Program-made: the position numbers and the translations under genes
Notes under the pieces: model-generated
The model's input: the letters and a program-made list of their open reading frames with translations, nothing else
Told to the model about the DNA's origin: nothing
Database searches by the model: none
DNA from: Octopus sinensis
Lineage: Eukaryota
Direction: 5' to 3'
NCBI RefSeq assembly: GCF_006345805.1
Contig: NC_043014.1
Location: 13,950,001 to 14,014,000 of the forward strand
Length of the DNA stretch: 64,000 nucleotides
Shown here: piece by piece, positions 63,337-64,000 of the stretch
How the letters are laid out: every line of letters starts with the position of its first letter
Numbering within the stretch: position 1 is the first letter of the stretch

Positions 63337-64000
63337 TTGTGTGTCTGTGTTTGTCCCCTTAGCATTGCTTCACAACCGATGCTGGTCCGGCAAAAGAGAC
63401 CGATAGAATAAATACTGGGCTTACAAAGAATAAGTCCCGGGGTCGATTTGCTCGACTAAAGGCGGTGCTCCAGCATGGTCACAGTCAAATGACTGAAACA
63501 AGTAAAAGAGTAAAAGAGAGAGAGAGAGTATCAAATTTGGTGCTTATTTATTCACATCATTTGGAGTTAATCATGCATTATTTCATAGCTTCAGATTTCG
63601 CTGATGTGATTGTTTAGTTTTAGAATAACATTGTAGAGTGGGTGTGAGAAGCAGGATCTGACCAGTTTGGACATAAAACAGGTAGAATATTTGGGCTGAA
63701 TATGGCTGGTTTAAATGCTAAAGGGTTAAGCTGCTTTTTCTAGACAGTTGAGTGACAACATGGTAGGTCACTCAGTGGCTTAAGAAACCTACTGTGTATG
63801 GAGGAATGCAAAGAATGTGAAGAATGCAAAGATATTTTTAATAATAATATTATTGTCATTAAACCAGTCTTTCACTGAACACTCAGGAAGCTCCTTCAAA
63901 GAATATACAACGTTATTGATTCGGTGTCATTGTTTTTAATGACCATTTTTCTATGCTCACATGGGTTGGACAGATTTCATTGTGGCAGATTTTTCAGGGC

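Overview
AT-rich, repeat-dense eukaryotic DNA. The SINE families, microsatellite load and RTE/mariner content look like an octopod cephalopod genome, most likely Octopus (pattern recognition, not a database hit). Almost all explainable sequence is transposon-derived. There are three tRNA-headed SINE groups (called A, B and C here) and RTE-clade LINE 3' ends with (GAT)n tails. Other retroelement relics are an R4/Dong-type RLE fragment between (TAA)n repeats and a Penelope-like RT relic. DNA transposons include mariner elements (one full-length relic), DD37D maT fragments, a hAT transposase relic and piggyBac/hAT/mariner MITEs. A 4.25-kb TA-derived satellite sits inside one SINE. No intact protein-coding gene is recognisable. 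A few candidate exons on both strands suggest the window is intronic, but they are weakly supported. The most striking unexplained item is a 536-bp element with 64-bp terminal direct repeats (period 472 bp). It carries a minimal type I hammerhead ribozyme fold on the minus strand (48899-48957) and is inserted at a SINE-A internal (TA)n, which suggests a retrozyme or Penelope pLTR-like unit. Most ORFs in the supplied track are microsatellite or SINE artefacts. Coordinates of degenerate repeats are approximate.
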